A DNA stretch of 63,944 nucleotides, the filler included, from Octopus bimaculoides (taxonomy: Eukaryota): NCBI RefSeq assembly GCF_001194135.2. It is 6 parts of 6 records of this genome, joined end to end, with 100 filler letters (N's around TTAATTAATTAA, not from the genome) between each part and the next. Parts side by side here need not be neighbours in the genome. Positions count along the whole stretch, not along the records: positions 62,910 to 63,944 come from NC_068981.1; 5 more parts are not named here. One strand, given 5' to 3'. The position numbers and the translations under genes are program-made. The notes beneath the pieces were generated by a model. The model saw only the letters and a list, made by a program, of their open reading frames with translations. It did not search any database and had not been told where the DNA came from. How positions within the stretch are numbered: the stretch's first letter is position 1; each line of letters opens with the position of its first letter. This document shows, one piece after another, positions 63,495 to 63,944 of the stretch.

Positions 63495-63638
63495 GCATAA
63501 ATGTTAATTTTTATTTTTTATTTCAAATGACTCTGAGGCTTTCAGTTCTCTACTTCTATCTCCTCACGCCTTTTCTCCATTGTTAAGAGAGTAAGAAAAT
63601 ATAAAAAATAAGAAAAGAAAATCGATCGCATATAATCC
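63495..63638 (-). other. Candidate non-coding (5' UTR) exon
   Basis: ccttcag|GG acceptor and perfect C|gtaagt donor, with stops in all three frames. A strong acceptor follows 172 nt later (ttttctccttccctctag|T at 63322). Confidence 0.25.
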
Positions 63639-63901
63639 CTGAAGGTTTTAAATGAACATAGACCATCTAATTTCATTATGCCAAGTTATGTTGTACTGAG
63701 GAGCACACAAGAAGGGCGAAATAGTGTTATTTCCAACTACTAGGACACTTTAAAAACTAGTTTAATGAAAATATTATTTCATATGTTCTCCCATTCATAA
63801 GAAAAAGAACTCTCATAATAGTAATAGTAAAATATTTATAAACCCTGAAGTGGTTCTCTCCCTTTAAAGAGAATCTTTACTTTCTCTTATATTTCTTAGA
63901 G

Positions 63902-63944
<43 letters not shown>

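Overview
Eukaryotic, AT-rich, very microsatellite-rich and gappy DNA. The SINE families and the TTAATTAATTAA linkers inside 100-N gaps suggest a draft octopus (cephalopod) assembly; this is inferred from recognition, not from a search. Nearly every ORF in the supplied track is a translation of (CA)n, (TA)n, (GA)n, (TATG)n, (TATC)n or (AAT)n, or of N runs. There is no CRISPR array, rRNA, real tRNA gene or intact transposon ORF. Supported content: at least five tRNA-derived SINE families in many copies; three decayed mariner (DD34D-type) copies; one decayed DD37D/maT element; several MITEs; RTE and RLE-type LINE fragments; and a 5'-truncated Penelope-like element with its 3' end duplicated in inverted orientation. 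Several Penelope-type tails carry hammerhead-ribozyme-like cores. Host-gene evidence is limited to the minus strand. One convincing 315-nt phase-1/phase-1 exon lies at 47906-48220, with a probable terminal micro-exon at 47737-47747 and a possible alternative terminal exon at 50269-50315 ending in a PDZ-ligand-like STV*. A weaker minus-strand exon chain lies at about 20.6, 16.5 and 15.0 kb. The best leads are the hammerhead-like retro-tails (one with a Pol III B-box, one circularly permuted), the inverted Penelope structure, and the two possible C-termini of the unidentified gene. I found no clearly new biological system.
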